From Pseudovirgaria hyperparasitica (lineage: Eukaryota): a stretch of DNA of 64,000 nucleotides. The DNA is taken from the NCBI GenBank assembly GCA_010093815.1, contig ML996566.1; one strand, given 5' to 3'. The first letter of the stretch is position 1. Each line of letters begins with the position of its first letter. Under the pieces are notes generated by a model that was given only the letters and a program-made list of their open reading frames with translations, was not told the DNA's origin and ran no database searches. The position numbers and the translations under genes are program-made. Positions 1 to 13,355 of the stretch are shown here, piece after piece.

Positions 1-810
1 GGGTGTGACTTTGACCCAAGTAAACATGACCTGCTCCTAACCTTATGCGATCTTACACATTCGGTTCGGGCAGCCGCCTGCGCAATAATAACATTAACAC
101 AGCGCTCCTTCCAACAGAATCCAATCGGAGAATATCAGTCTGGAGACTTACCCCTCAATCACGATGTACAGATTGCTTGGCCAGTCCATACTCACTTGAA
201 AGACTGACTTACTGTACCGACATGCATACGCATTGCTTCCTTGAGCGCATTACCGGTCCCACATATCTTACTCTGCCTGCATGATCTACTTCTTCATAGC
301 CATAGTGAGTAGCTGGGCTTCGACAGCGCAATGAGCGGAATGTTTCCCCATCTCGCGATGGCCGCTACCCATTACGACAGTGCGGTACCGGGTGTTCTCT
401 TCTTCACCATCCATCAAGGTATCTAGTCCTACGGGATTTTTGCATACGCCTGAGCGCTTATTCGACCATGGTATGGAATTTGTAACCAATCCCTGAGCAT
501 TGAATCCGCTCCATGGACACAAGTAACATGGTCTTGCTCAACCTCGCCGGGGATTTTGCTTGATTCAACGTAGCGGCTGGCTGGCTGAGAGAAATGTGGC
601 GAGCTGAGATATGCGACTCGATGGGAGATGTTGTGACTAGCTAAGAGAAATGTGGCTCAATGGAAGACATGCATGCCAGATGTGCCTAGAGACTAAAGAG
701 TTATTGCGGTGGGGATGAGATCGGACCAAGTCTGGATGAGAGCAGCGCAGACTGCGGTATCTACTAGCCAGCAGAGGAGAAGAGTATTGACAAGCGAGGA
801 CAATGGTATG

Positions 811-818
811 TATATAAA
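811..818 (+). promoter_or_regulatory. TATA box (TATATAAA) of the gene at 930
   Basis: Canonical TATATAAA about 120 nt upstream of the ATG, followed by a CA-rich 5' UTR. Confidence 0.6.
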
Positions 819-929
819 GGGCCCACGGAAGCTCGAAAGTGCAGGACATCAACACACACTCCTCACAACTCCAACATAGCAAAGAACTCTTTCACACAAA
901 GTCCACCATCAATCCAAGCCATCTCCAGA

Positions 930-2581
930 ATGTCTGCCGAGAAGGTCAACCAACTCTTCTGGCTCAACTACGGCCAAGCTATCAAAGACAAAGCCGGAGC
1001 GAACTTTGGTTCCACAGGGGTCTTCTTCCTTGCCTCCGAGACTCAGAAAGGACCTCTGGCTGGCAATGATGTCCTGGATGTATACACCAACAGGGGTATC
1101 TATGATGTGGGCAACAACTTGCTCGCAACCGACAACCTCTTCTACACCCCATCGAGCCTTCACGGTTATGTGGAAGCACTCTCCACGTGAGTAAAATCCC
1201 ATCAAGCACTGCTAGCCAAGTACATTTTGCTAACGAGCATAGATTCCTCTGGTGGGTGGATCTCGTAAGTGGACAGCCCCTATCCAAGCACATGAATCAT
1301 CCCAGCCAACTGACGACGACAGGGCGGCAAATCCAACGTGAACCTCGACTCAGCAGAGCGACAGGCCCTGCTCGACCTCGACGCGTCGCAGAAGTGGCAG
1401 CTAACGGAGATGCGCAAGGCCGCAGCCCAGTTCAAGGAGGAGAAAGAGCTGGGCCTCGTCCCGACTGGTGACTTCTACGACTGGGTGCAGAACGGCAATG
1501 CCACGGCCTACAGCGCCGCCGTGAAGGACGTCAAGGACAAAGGCCAGGCTCTCGCCATGATCCAGGGTCAAAAGGCCGGGCCCATGTCCCCAGCACGCGA
1601 CGCTGATCTGTCTAAACTGACAAAGGCCCTCGACCAGTCCAAGGACTACCCCGGGTAAGCATCTATCTTATCCTCCCCTCGAGCAAACCCCGCCCCCGGC
1701 CGTCTGCTGACACTCACCTAGCTTCAACTTCGCATCCGCCATGGGCAACCCGCCCAACCCGGCCGAGCTCATCCGGAAGCAGAAGTCCGGCGAGAAAGTG
1801 CCGGACCCGCCAACGTCGCGCATCCCGGTGTACAACGCGCCACTATACAAGAAGGCGGTGCAGGACGCCATGCAGTATGCCATTGACTCGAAGCACGAGC
1901 CCAAGAACTCCGTTGGCATCGAGATCGACCTGGGCAAGAGCACGTCCGACTTCCACTTCGGCCACACGCAGGGCGGCGCATCCGTCGACGTCAGCTACGG
2001 CGGCTGGTTCAGCTTCAGTGCGAATGCGTCCCACGAGGAGGAGTCGCAGACGCTGGATACGCATGACGAGGGCTCCGAGGTGAGCGTCAAGCTGCTGTAC
2101 GACACTATCGAGAAGGTGCCCATCAGCACAGGCGACTGGTAAGTTTCTTTTCTCTCACGAGATCCCCGGCCCCCTCTCCTTTCCCCTCCTTTGCCACGTG
2201 CTGACACAACTCTTTCAAACCAGGCAAATCGACGTGTCCAAGTACAAGCTGCGCGACGACGCGCCCAAGGACACCAGGACGCTGGCCAAGGTCAACGAGA
2301 TGGTCATCGTGACCTATCTGGGCTACGAAATCACCGTCGGCACCAAGACGGCCAGCAGCCTCGACACCAAGTTCAAGCAGACCACGTCGGCCGGCGGCAG
2401 CGTCCGCGTGTTTGGCATCCCCATCGGCCTGGGTGGCAGTGGCAGCTCGACCGAGGAGCACAACACGCACGTGGCCAGCTGGGACAATGCGAAGAAGACG
2501 TTCAGGGTCCTCCCGGCGCCGGACAATGGGTTTGCAACCATTATCGGCGTGATCGGTGAGAAGTTTACGCTTGCTACCTGA
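930..2581 (+). CDS. Uncharacterised 461-aa protein, candidate beta-pore-forming protein; exons 930-1186, 1243-1264, 1323-1654, 1722-2138, 2224-2581
   Basis: Four introns with GTRAG donors, CTRAC branch sites and YAG acceptors join four ORF-track fragments in frame (1386 nt). Strong C/G third-position bias. No signal peptide. Function is inferred only. Confidence 0.85.
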
Positions 2582-4461
2582 GCGGTGGTCTGGGGTGGTG
2601 ATTGAGGGCGCAGGAATGGAATGTGGGCTCGGTTGCTTTTGTGGACGCTCCTTGGATCTTGATTGTTGGGTTTTTGCTGCTTGCTAGTGGTCGTGTCTCT
2701 CGTTCAAAAAGGGGCTGTTGGTTTGGTTTCGTAGCTACAAGGTATCAAAATACGGATAGGACGCTGGTCTTCCTAGCATGACGCTTCCTTGATCGATGTG
2801 CCCCCTTGATCGGAAAGCCCCTTGAATCGACAAGCACTTTGACATAGCTGTAGAGTACGAAGTGATATTTACGAGGCAAGGAAGGTAGCGAGTGCTTGTT
2901 GAAAGATGGATAGATACGAGACCATGATATAGCACTCTCCTACCTAGGTCTCTACTTGCATGAGCTCATATCACGTTAAAGTGCATGTATCATTTGGACG
3001 ATTATAGACTGCAATGCACACTGCGATTAAGATGGATACAAGGCAGTCAGTGTAGGCAGGTGAGACGCATGAACGATGATATGAAACTTTAATGCATTAT
3101 CTTTGTTGTGCTTCAATGTTAGTAGTGTAGGCTTGGTATGACGTCTGCCTGGGATTAGTGTTACTGCAGCCCGTCCACGGTGGCATGCCCAGTGTGGACA
3201 TCCCGATGAGGCAAGTGTGAAAAGCTAATGTTGAGGCCTGAGGCCTGGAGGGTTAAAGCCCTCAAGCTAAGCCTAAACAGGTAAGTCAATGACTGGCGGG
3301 CGTACCTAGGTAATCTCGGGCTGCTGCATATGTAGGTGTAGGTGTAGGTAGGTAGGCATAATTACATGCAGGCATATCGCCCACTCACTCACCTGATAAA
3401 GACAACGAAACAAAGAAGTAACAAAGATGATGGTCGATGGCGATATCAAAGGCCAGGCCCCCCGAAGTAAACTGCGGATGTAAATCTACTCAGACGTAAC
3501 GGCGGGCTCTCTCTCTCTCTTTCTCTCAGGAAAGGACAGCGAGGGGCAGCCGAAAGGGGGATGAAGCGGGCACACACGATGCAAGACCCTGAGTGGCTGC
3601 AGATGGACCGGGGGGGAGATGCACCAGTAATGCAAGCGTGCAGGGTGCAGCAAAGTTGCGGTGAGTGAAGGGAGCGTGTTGTTTCGCTGCAGGTGGGCGG
3701 AAAAGGGAGGGAGGGGGGACAGTCTGCTGGCACTGGCGTTGGAGGCTTGTGTTTTGGGTTGATTTGATTTGATTTGATTTTGGACTTGGTATGTATGTAT
3801 GTGAGGGAATGTGGAAGAATTTTCAGTACGAGTGACGGAGAGTGGGGAAAGGTGTCATTTTGATGTTGATCTAGTTAGGTATAATTACGATGGATATGTG
3901 TGTGTGTGTATGTATGTATATTTGTTTGTTTGTTATGGTACCTATTCATTCATCTAGCAGACGGGTAGACAGCTGTAGCTTGTTAGCTAAGGGGGTGAAG
4001 GTAAAGGGCGGCGTCGACGGGAGGAGGGCCGGCGGGACAAGGCAAGGCACGCAACAAGCAAATACGGTTCCATGTTTTACGTTTATGCATTCAATTTAAC
4101 ATCGACATCATCATCGTCATCTTCATCGGACAGTTGTGTTGTATATATGTACTGTATGTACTGTATGTATGTATATCCACACAGGGCGGCAGACGCGGTG
4201 GAGACGATGCAGGTAGAGTCCACTATGGTACATGGTGGAAAGTAACAACGCATCATTTTGGTGGTGAGAGAGAGGGATGAGGGATGATGGAGCTACGCTA
4301 CGCTACGCTACGTAGGCATCATCAGTAATTAGTAGTACCCCGCCAGACGAGACCGAATTCTTCTGATGCTTTTTCCACTCTATGCGATGCATCATTGTTG
4401 ATGATGATGATGTTGTTGTTGTATAGTCAGTACCCGTGACTGAGGTGGGATACCAAGATAA

Positions 4462-4591
4462 GTAAGTGTGTGTACCTGGGCCAAGAAACAAACAAACAAG
4501 TAATTAGAGAGGGGAAGGTGCGACCGGCGCCAATCGCAGCCCCGTTTCGGCTCTGACGACGATACACAAACTGATTTTTCGCCTTTTGCAG
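4462..4591 (+). other. Possible 5' UTR intron of the large gene at 5413
   Basis: GTAAGT donor, CTGAT branch and polypyrimidine TTTTGCAG acceptor upstream of a long CT-rich leader. Confidence 0.35.
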
Positions 4592-5412
4592 GGTTTTCCG
4601 TCAGGGTCACCGTCCATCCGTCAACCACCAACCATCATCCACCATCCACTCTACATACACTCACCTGTCAACAAACCAAACCACTACTCCACCCACCCAT
4701 ACACTCTACCATACACTCATCAACTGACCACTCACGCGCCAGCCAGCTGACTGCTGCTATTCTGGTCCAACCACACGTTACCCTAAACCTTCCGTCTTCT
4801 CATCCGCAGTCCTGAGTCCTCCTCTCTCGTCCCTCGTCCCTCGTCGTCCCTGGGAAGTCTGGTACTGGGTCACCACACACTCAACCAAACCGCCTCAAGC
4901 CCTACGCTGTGGCGCATCACGACATTCCAGTCTGCAACAGCAAACTTGTCGACGTTCTGGAGATTTGTTTGACTACACCCTTGCGAGCTCGAGCCACCGC
5001 TGCTTCCTTGTACCTTTACCGTAAGGCCTTCTGTCGCCAAATCGCTCTCTCTCTCTCTCTCTCTCTGTCTCGACTTTCTGCGCGTACGCCTACTGCTCCG
5101 TGTGACACGATAAGACATCTGACCAACCCGCTACCTCCTCCAATCCCATCCCTTCGTCCTTGCCTGCGCCAAATTCCACGAGCCACAAACAGGTGAACCT
5201 GGTCGCATTCACTCCTACTCTCTTCGCGTCCGCCATTGCCTCTCTCCAACGCTACTCTCTTCGCGAGATTCGTCGTCTCTACACTCCAGCCAACCTTTAG
5301 CTGTACCTGTCCGCCACACCGCCAGCTATCCCCATTGCCTTCATGTGCCCGTCCGCTTCCACCCCGTCCAAACGCGCCCGTCAATTCTCTCTGTCCTGCT
5401 ACGGCCTTCGCC

Positions 5413-8400
5413 ATGCTTGCCTGTCCCGCCGTATACGTCGACGCCTGCCCTTCTCGAAGCCACAATGCAGAACAAAGGACCCGGGGCCAATCGGCTGAGC
5501 ATGCTGTCTGCGCAAAGACTACAGAAGCAATGACCGAGACGTTCAAGAGTCTGGCTAATTCAATGCGCTATTGTCTCCACGAAGATTCTGGACAAGCTGG
5601 CAGTCTATTGGACCTATTCGTTCCTGTCGCTACCCGTCTAGACCCTTCACCTCCATCTTATGCCGATTCCGCCTCTGATCTCCCCCCAGACTACACCTCA
5701 ACAGATGCTGCTGCCGCTGCCAAGACTGTGGAAAGCAGATGGTGTCTGGAATCTTGCCCATCGCCTGCACCGCCGGCATACCAACCCACAGGTCCTCTGT
5801 ACATCCCATCGCCTCTTCCAATTGCCTGCCCCAGACCGTGTCTAGACTCAAAATCTCTTGATGGTGTTCGTATGCACGGCAAGAAGAAGAAGAAACCCGC
5901 AGCTACTGGCGAGTGGCCCGGTGATAACAATAAGACGAACAACGGGGCCGATGGCGGCGAGAAGGACGAGAATGCTGATGGCGACAAGCCCGCAGACTCT
6001 GCCGGCGCTGGTGGAGGCAATGACGGCAATGGCGGGAATGACAACAATGGCGGCGGTGACGATGACGAATGGGGTAATGAGTGGTCCAGTGGTAACAAGA
6101 AGAAGAAGAAAGGCAAGAACAAGAAACCCGACGAGGAGGAGGAGAAGCGAAAGAAAGAGGAAGAAGAGCAGAAGAAACGCGATGAAGAGTCCCACAAGAA
6201 GGCTGAAGAAGAGGCCAAGCGCGTAGCCGATGAGGCTGCTGCTGCTCCTGCTGCTACTGCTGCTACAACAATAGACAATGATGGCTGGGCTGAGACGAAT
6301 GGCGACGAGCCCTGGGGTTTTACGACTACGACATCAAAGAAGAAAAAGAAGAAAGGCAAGACCGAGCCAGCTGCAGTTCCTCCTCCCCCCAACGACGAGA
6401 CGTCAGTGAACAAATTCGAGGAAGTATCTCTCGACGATCCACCCCAGGTCGACCTTAACCTTGGCGAACTCACGAGCGGCGACGCAAGTGGAGGCGGAGG
6501 CTGGGCCACGAATTGGGACACCCCCTGGACCTTTGACCCAAAGGATGAGCAAAAGCAAGCGGACGCTAGTCCTTGGAATTTCTCTCGTATTGATAGCACC
6601 AAGACTAAAGACAAGGATGAGCAGACGAACACTTCGTTTGGTTTCAGCTTAGATCTTGGCGACGTAGGTTCTTCTGCTGCGCCGGAGAAATCGAAAGAAG
6701 ATAAGAATGCTGGTGAAGAGGGTTGGGACTTCAACTGGGATACTACCTCAGGCAACAACAAGAAAAAAGAAAAGAAGAAAGGAGCTGCATCCAAGGCTAC
6801 CGACAATGCGCCCACTGAGCCTGAAAATGCCCAAGTCAGTACAGAGGAACCCGAAGATGACATTTGGTCCTCATGGGGTCCTGTAGGTACAAAAGCTGAC
6901 AAGTCCAAGAAGAAAAAGGCCATTAACGCCATCGATGAAGCTAACCAAGAGCCTGAGCCAACTCCACACCCTTCCCTGCCAGAACCCGACGCCAAAGCCA
7001 ATGACTCTCTCGGTTTCACGGTATCAACGAGCGGCAAGAAGAAGGGCAAGAAGAACAAAAAGGACGAGTCTGCACCACCTCCACAGGAACCAATTCCTCC
7101 ACCTGAGCCTGAACCGGTGCCCGAGCCCGAGCCCGAACCAGACTCTGTTGCCAATGGGGAAACGACGCCAGCAGATGACATTTGGGCAAGCAACACTTGG
7201 GGCGTGACAGTCAAGGACAAGAAGAAGCTCAAAAAGGCAGGCAAGCTCGGCAAGGACCCGGAACCTATCAAAGAGGATAAGCCAGTCACTGAAGACCTAG
7301 TCGACGACAAACAGCCAGACGACTGGACAGACGTGTGGGGTGCTGCCAAGCTCAACAAGAAGAATGACGAGACTGATCTGACGCCAGCCCATGATTCCTG
7401 GACATCGACCACGATCGGGGGGAAAAAGGGCAAAAAAGGCAAGAAGGGTGCGGTTGAGCCTGTCCACGAACCGATCTCGAAACCACAACCGAAGCGAAAC
7501 GAATTTGCGCCGTCTGAAGATTGGCCAGAATGGGGGTCCAGCAACGACAACAAGAGCCAGCAAGACGCACCTCCCGCAACTCTGGATGTTTCAGGAGAGG
7601 AAAAGGGTTCTTCATGGTCATTTGGGTCCATGATATTCGGAAAGAAGACCAAAGCTATCGAGTCTGGAGTTGGAGATGTGACAGTACAACAGGCCGATGG
7701 CGTGGAAGAACCAAGAGGTGATGCCGACGGGGACTGGTCTTGGGCTTCAAGTACAAAGTCCAAGAAGATGAAGCCAGAGAAGACAGTTGCCGAAGAAATC
7801 ACGGACGGTGCCGAAGCTAGCACTCCCATTCAGCAACCTGACAAAATCGAGACAGATTCGAATGGTCCAGACGAGACTTGGGGCTGGGGAGGTTCTGCCA
7901 CTCGAACCAAGAAGAAAGGCAAGAAAAGCGGATTAGATAGCTCTGTACCTGCCGCATCCAAGCCAGCCGATGACAAGGAGACCTTGTCGATCGAGCCTGC
8001 TCCTGAAGACCCTGCCCCTGTCGAAGACGATCCCTGGACAAACCTCACGGCGGCCAAGCCCAAGAAAGGCTCTAAGAAGACTGCCGGGAAGATGGAACCT
8101 ACCGTAGTAGAGAAGTCAGATGACATTGTCGCCATTGTCGATGAGTCCAAGCCGGAACCTGCGGAAGAAAAGTCAGCAGCAGCAAAAGATGCGTTGGGGA
8201 CGAAGGCCACCAAGAAGGAAACGCCCAGAGAGAAGAAGGCCAGGGAAGCAAAGGAGAAGAGAGAAGAAGAGAAGCGCAAAGAAGAAGAGAAGAAGGAGAA
8301 GTCGAAGAAGGCCAAGGAAGAGAAGGCACGGATAGCCAAAGAAGAAAAAGAGCGCCAAGAGCAAGAAGATCTTGAGCGTGAGAAGGAAGAGGAAGCGAAC

Positions 8401-11400
8401 CGGATAGCCAAAGAAGAAGAAGAGAAAGCCAAAAAAGAGAAAGAAGCTGCTGCCAAAGCCAAGGAAGAGGCAGAAGCTGCAGCCGCGGCTGAAAAGGCCA
8501 AGGAGGAAGAGGAGGCAAAGACGAAAGTCGAAGAAGCCCCGAGCTGGGGATTCTCTACCAAGCCCAAGAAAGGTAAGAAAGCTAGAGAGGAGGCCGAGCG
8601 TAAGGCGAAGGAGGAGGCAGAGCGTAAAGCCGAGGAAGAAAAAGCCAAGGCGGAAGAAAAAGCCAAGGCGGCAGAAGAAGCCAAAGCAGAGGAAGAGGCC
8701 CAAGCAGCAGCAGCAGCAGCAAAGGCAAAGGAAGAGGAAGAAGCCAAGAAGAAAGCCGACGAAGATGCCTTGTTCGGCCATTCTAACAAATCTGCCACAA
8801 AGAAGGGCAAGAAGAACAAGGGACCTGCTAAAGCTGTCGAGCTCACGCCCGAACCGCCACTACCGTCGCCTCCCCCAGCAGAACCAGAGGCCCTGATTGA
8901 CATCGCGGAAGACAAGCCTGCAGCGAAAGAGGGTGGCTGGGGCGTGGGGGCATTTTGGGGGGTTAGCCTGAAGAAGACACAGAAAGTTGGGGAACTCAAG
9001 GAGATCGACAAGGCTGTCCAAGAAGAGTCGTTTGTGGATGACCCTCCTCTAGAAGAGACGGCGACCGGCTCGAAGTCTGATGATGTCGATCCACCTCCAC
9101 CAGCCGAAGAGGCGCCTGCAGAGAAAGTCCCTTCAAAGTCTAAAAAGCTTTCGGCGGCAGAAAAAGCCAAGGCCGAGAAGGAAGCGAAGAAGAAGGAGAA
9201 GGAGGAGGAGAAGGAGGCAAAGAAGAGAGAGAAAGAAGAGGCGAAGAAAGCGAAAGAAGCAAAAGAAGCAGAAGAAGCAGAGGCGGCTGCTGCTGCTGCT
9301 GCCGCCGCCGCCGCCGCCGATGCTGCCGCTGCCGCTGCGATCGAAGAGCCTCCGCCAGTGGAGCCTCCAGCCATTGAAGTTGTAGAAGCAACTCCCAAGA
9401 AGTCCTCCAAGAAGACGGAAAAATCGTCAAAGGCCACGTCAAAGTCCAAGAAGAAACACGTCGAGCCAGAGGTTGTCGTTCCTGAATCCGAACCCGATCC
9501 GGAGCCCGAGCCTGAGCCTGAACCTGAGCCTGAGATTCCCAAAATATCTACACCCATCCCGGGCGGCTTTCCCGAAGATGACGACTTTGTGGAGATTGTC
9601 GAGGAACCCCCCAAGGAAGAGAAGCCGAAAAAGACGTCCAAGGCTGAGAAATCTGACAGGAAACTAAAGAAATCTGCAAAGTCGTCCAAATTGTCGGCCG
9701 ACATTGCGGCGTCGCCCCCTCCTCCTCCACCGCCGCCAGCCCCTGTCGAGCCTGTCGAGCCTGTCGTGGAGCCTGCCGAAGAGCTTGTCGAAGAGCCCGT
9801 CGACGATGTCGCGCCAGCCCAGCCGCCAACACCACCGCCTGAGCCCGAGGTCAAAGATGAATCGGCAAAGAAGGAGCGTGCGAAAGTGGTTCGGGACAAA
9901 GGCGCAGCTTCGTCTTGGGGATTCTGGGGGTCATCCGGCGCGGCGGCGGCGGCGGCAACACCGGCTGGCAAGAAGAAGGCCAAGGATGACAGCGCTGTCT
10001 CTAGCAAGGCGAAATCGTCTTCTGGCCTGCAGCGATCCAAGTCAGTCAGAGCGGCGTCGAGTAAACATACGGATGGGGAGAAGTCGTCAAAGGACTCGGC
10101 GTCTGACCAGGCAGCCAAGACACGATCCTCTAAGCCGCGCGCGTCACGTGGCTCGTCGAGCTTCTCCATGTTCAGCCCCGCTCCTGTCATTCCGTCGCGC
10201 ACCCGTTCCACCAGACAGACTGCAACACCCAGAACACAATCACGACGCACATCTGTCGACCGAGACGCCGGAATGCTGTCTCCGCCTCCATCTGATGCCG
10301 ATGCCGCAAAGATATCGTCCAAGGCCGCGAAACTGATGGGAATGAAGGCCGCCACGTCGAAGCGCAAGTCAGCTAGCGTTCCAAAGGGCAAGAGAGGTAA
10401 GCCAAAGTTCATCAACTGATCCATATATGCGAGGTATCCAGCGACTGACCCATACCTTGTAGCCGTTCCGGATCCTTATGCGATCTCTGATGATGACATG
10501 ATCATGGTCGATGCTGACCCTGGAACGCCTACGCCGCGCAACAGAAGATCCAAACGCGACTCGAAGATGGAGTCTGCGCCGCCCCCACCGGGAGAAGCGA
10601 ACTTGATGGACTTTGAAGCATCTGCGCCAAACGACGCTGCGGCCTTTGAAACTCCAGCCTCGAGGGCGCCACCAATGCGTCGCAGTCAGTCGACCGCCAA
10701 GAAGTCGACGGGCGGAGGTCTGCTAGGTATGTTTGGACTTTCTTCGAAGAAGCAAGTAGTAGAGCCAGCAATAGATGATCGCTTCGATCGTAGACGAGGC
10801 TACGAGACCGACGGAGTGGTCTCGTCATCTCGTCGGAAGCGTTCTACTGTACCCGAGGATACGGACGATCCGAAACGTGCATCGCGTCGTGAGAGCACTC
10901 GGCAGACTCATCGTCGCAGGCCGTCGGATACGGACGGCGCGGTAACTGATGCCATGCCCGGCGCAGCTACCGATGTTGACGAAGATGCACGCCGAGCTGA
11001 GCGCCGAGCGGCCAGAAGGGCCGAGAAAGAGGCCCGTGCAGCAAAACCTCTGGAGGCTGAAGACCGCGCAGCACGACGTCGTGACCGCGAGCGGGAAAAA
11101 ATCCGAGCGGTAGAAGGGGATCGCAAACGTGCCAAAGATTCACGCGATCGTCGTATGCGGGAGGATGCCGAGGCCGATGCGCAGAGACAGGAAGACAAGC
11201 GTCAGCGCCGTCGGGAGCGTGAGGAGCGGCGCGCTGCCGAAGAGCAGCGTGACCGGGAGCTGAAAGAAAGCGAGGAACGTGCCAAAGAGGATGAGAAGCT
11301 GCGTGAGAAGGAAGAGCGGAGGGCTGCCCGTCGACGCGAGCGTGAGCGTGAGAGTGCGGCCGCAGCTCTTGCAGGCGTTGATGCATCTGCATATGAGCGA

Positions 11401-12066
11401 GACCGTCCGAGGCATTCCGAACGCCGTAGAAGCCACATGGATGATGATCCTGTCCGCCGCCTCCGCCATGAAGATCGGAAAATGCGACGAGTCTCCGAGA
11501 TGGACACCGAACGTCGGTCCAAGCATCGAAGCTCCCGCGCGCCTCCTGCTGACGCGGTTATTGACGACTATTTTGACGCCCGCAATGGCGGCACTGCCTC
11601 GCGCAAAGCGCCAGCCGAGACTCCGTACCTTTCCACCGGAAACGACAAGACTTCTTCGTGGGTCCATAGCATCACCACCGAGCCACCACTGCCACCGCCC
11701 GAGACTGCCACAGTCATTGACGCACCGCCTGGAAAGGACCATCCTGATGGCGAGGACGGTGAGGCAACTGACCCGGAGGAGATTCGGCGTCGTGCGAGAC
11801 GCGATCGTCGCCGTGCGGAGCGAAACGACCGCGAACGCGAGAGAAGCGGCAAGGAGAGAGAGCTGCCTCGCGAACGGGAGCGAGATCGCGGCGACCGGGA
11901 CCGAAAGAGCGAGAGACGTCGCAGCACCTACGATACCGTCCAGCGCAGCAGTGACGGAAGCCATGGCGACGACCGCAAGCGACGCAGCCATGCGTATCCC
12001 GTCGAGCCTCCTGCGCCGATCGCAGGGGGCAAGAAGACGAGCTGGTTCAAGAAGTTTGGCATTTGA
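5413..12066 (+). CDS. Very large (~2195 aa) low-complexity, disordered protein with acidic-Trp/poly-Lys repeats and E/K and E/R helical tracts; exons 5413-10396, 10463-12066
   Basis: ORFs 5236..10419 and 10498..12066 join in frame via intron 10397-10462 (GTAAGC...CTGAC...TAG), giving KR-AVPDPYAISDDDMIMV. The first in-frame ATG is at 5413; the start is uncertain. Confidence 0.85.
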
Positions 12067-12726
12067 GAGCGACAGTTACAGGCCTTTATGCATCATCTAT
12101 GTTTTGTTTTTCCAACATCTAGGAGTCTTTGCTTTGCGATGGAGCCGTCAAAGCCATTTGTTGTTTTTATTAGCATATCTGCGAGAGAGAGAGCTATTGG
12201 ACCTGAGAGCCGTTGGACGTGATAACGATATACCCCCTACTTCTTGGCATGCAGCATTCGAGCGGGAGTTTTTAATTCGAATATCAAGATTCGTGTATCT
12301 ATGTATGTATTAGTCGGTAGAGCCGGGATCATTACCGGTTTCCGTGAAACATATGTACGACCAACTAGCGATAATACCCCCGATACACACACTGTTAACC
12401 ACCTGCTTCTTGATCAACATTCGGATCTGCGTTATGTGAGGCGATAGCTTTGAATACCGAGCTCGGGCTGTCTGTCTGCTTTGTGCTTTGCAATCTGTTA
12501 ACTGTTCATTTTTGTTGTGTTTTGTTATTGTTGGTTGTCGTGGTAGATACCCCTTTTAATTTATTATTCTTTTTCTTCTCTTTTCTGTTCAATGTTAATT
12601 AGGGGTAAAGAGAAGTTCTTTTTTTCACGGGGGCGGGACCGGTTTCCCTTCTACTATTATCGGAACTCGATGGTTCTACTTGTCTTTGTCTATGTCTATG
12701 TCTACGTTTACTCGCTTTACTTATCA

Positions 12727-12772
12727 AATAATAATAATAATAATAATAATAATAATCATAATGATAATAATA
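12727..12772 (+). repeat. (AAT)n microsatellite
   Basis: Ten perfect AAT units followed by degenerate units. Confidence 0.95.
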
Positions 12773-12850
12773 AGATTAAGCCGCTTGGTGGCAGTTTGGC
12801 CGCTGAAAACGGCGGTTATAACGGTATTTTTCGGCGGTATCTCAGCCAGC

Positions 12851-13105
12851 GGTCTAACAAGCATTTCTACCGTGCTCGAGCCCAGCACACAACTATCCAT
12901 ACTCGCCGTATCTATCCTACCTACGACTACCGCGGCGAGCACCATCATGTCGTCGCAGGCCTCCGTCGTACCGCCCTTAATACTCCCTGGATACATGGAG
13001 CCCGCTTGCAATCGTACGCGCCTAGTGTCTACTCCTCGCTAGAACCGTGCCGTACCGTAACTAGACACCTTTATAAAAGTACTTAAAACCGTCCTGCCGT
13101 CCATC
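12851..13105 (+). repeat. Diverged repeat copy A (LTR-like relic), homologous to 15756-16020
   Basis: Shared blocks include ATCCTACCTACGACTA, GCACCATYATGTCG, TGGAGCCCGCT and GAACCGTGCCGYACCGYAACTAGA. Differences are mostly C/T and G/A transitions. Confidence 0.8.
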
Positions 13106-13355
13106 TCCCTCCGTTCAGGATGGAACCTTTGCCAAGTGGCTTGAATTCATAGAAAAGGCTGACCGAGTCGATGTTATCAAATATCAAGAGCCAATTATCA
13201 TCTAATGAGTCTCAGTCAATTCGTTCTATCCTTGTCTTCGTAGATAACGGCCTAAGCGACCCCGCCAGCGAACAGCACCTCTGAGTAGGCAGCTATTCCC
13301 TTTCGCATACATTCCACTAGGCTGAGCTTTCGATCATAGCCTGAAGCGTTCTGCC

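Noticed and set aside
3207..3244. Clustered TGAGGC hexamers (also 35937, 38025, 61147-61158)
   Set aside because: A hexamer is expected dozens of times by chance in 64 kb; enrichment cannot be shown without computation.
3300..5070. Short tandem repeats (GTAG, TATG, CT, GAT, CTACG) as an array or CRISPR
   Set aside because: Ordinary microsatellites in a long fungal promoter/UTR, with no repeat-spacer structure.
5691..10424. Long antisense ORFs (712 aa and 864 aa)
   Set aside because: They are in-register shadows of the biased K/E/A/P-rich sense gene, and their S/F/L-rich translations are not protein-like.
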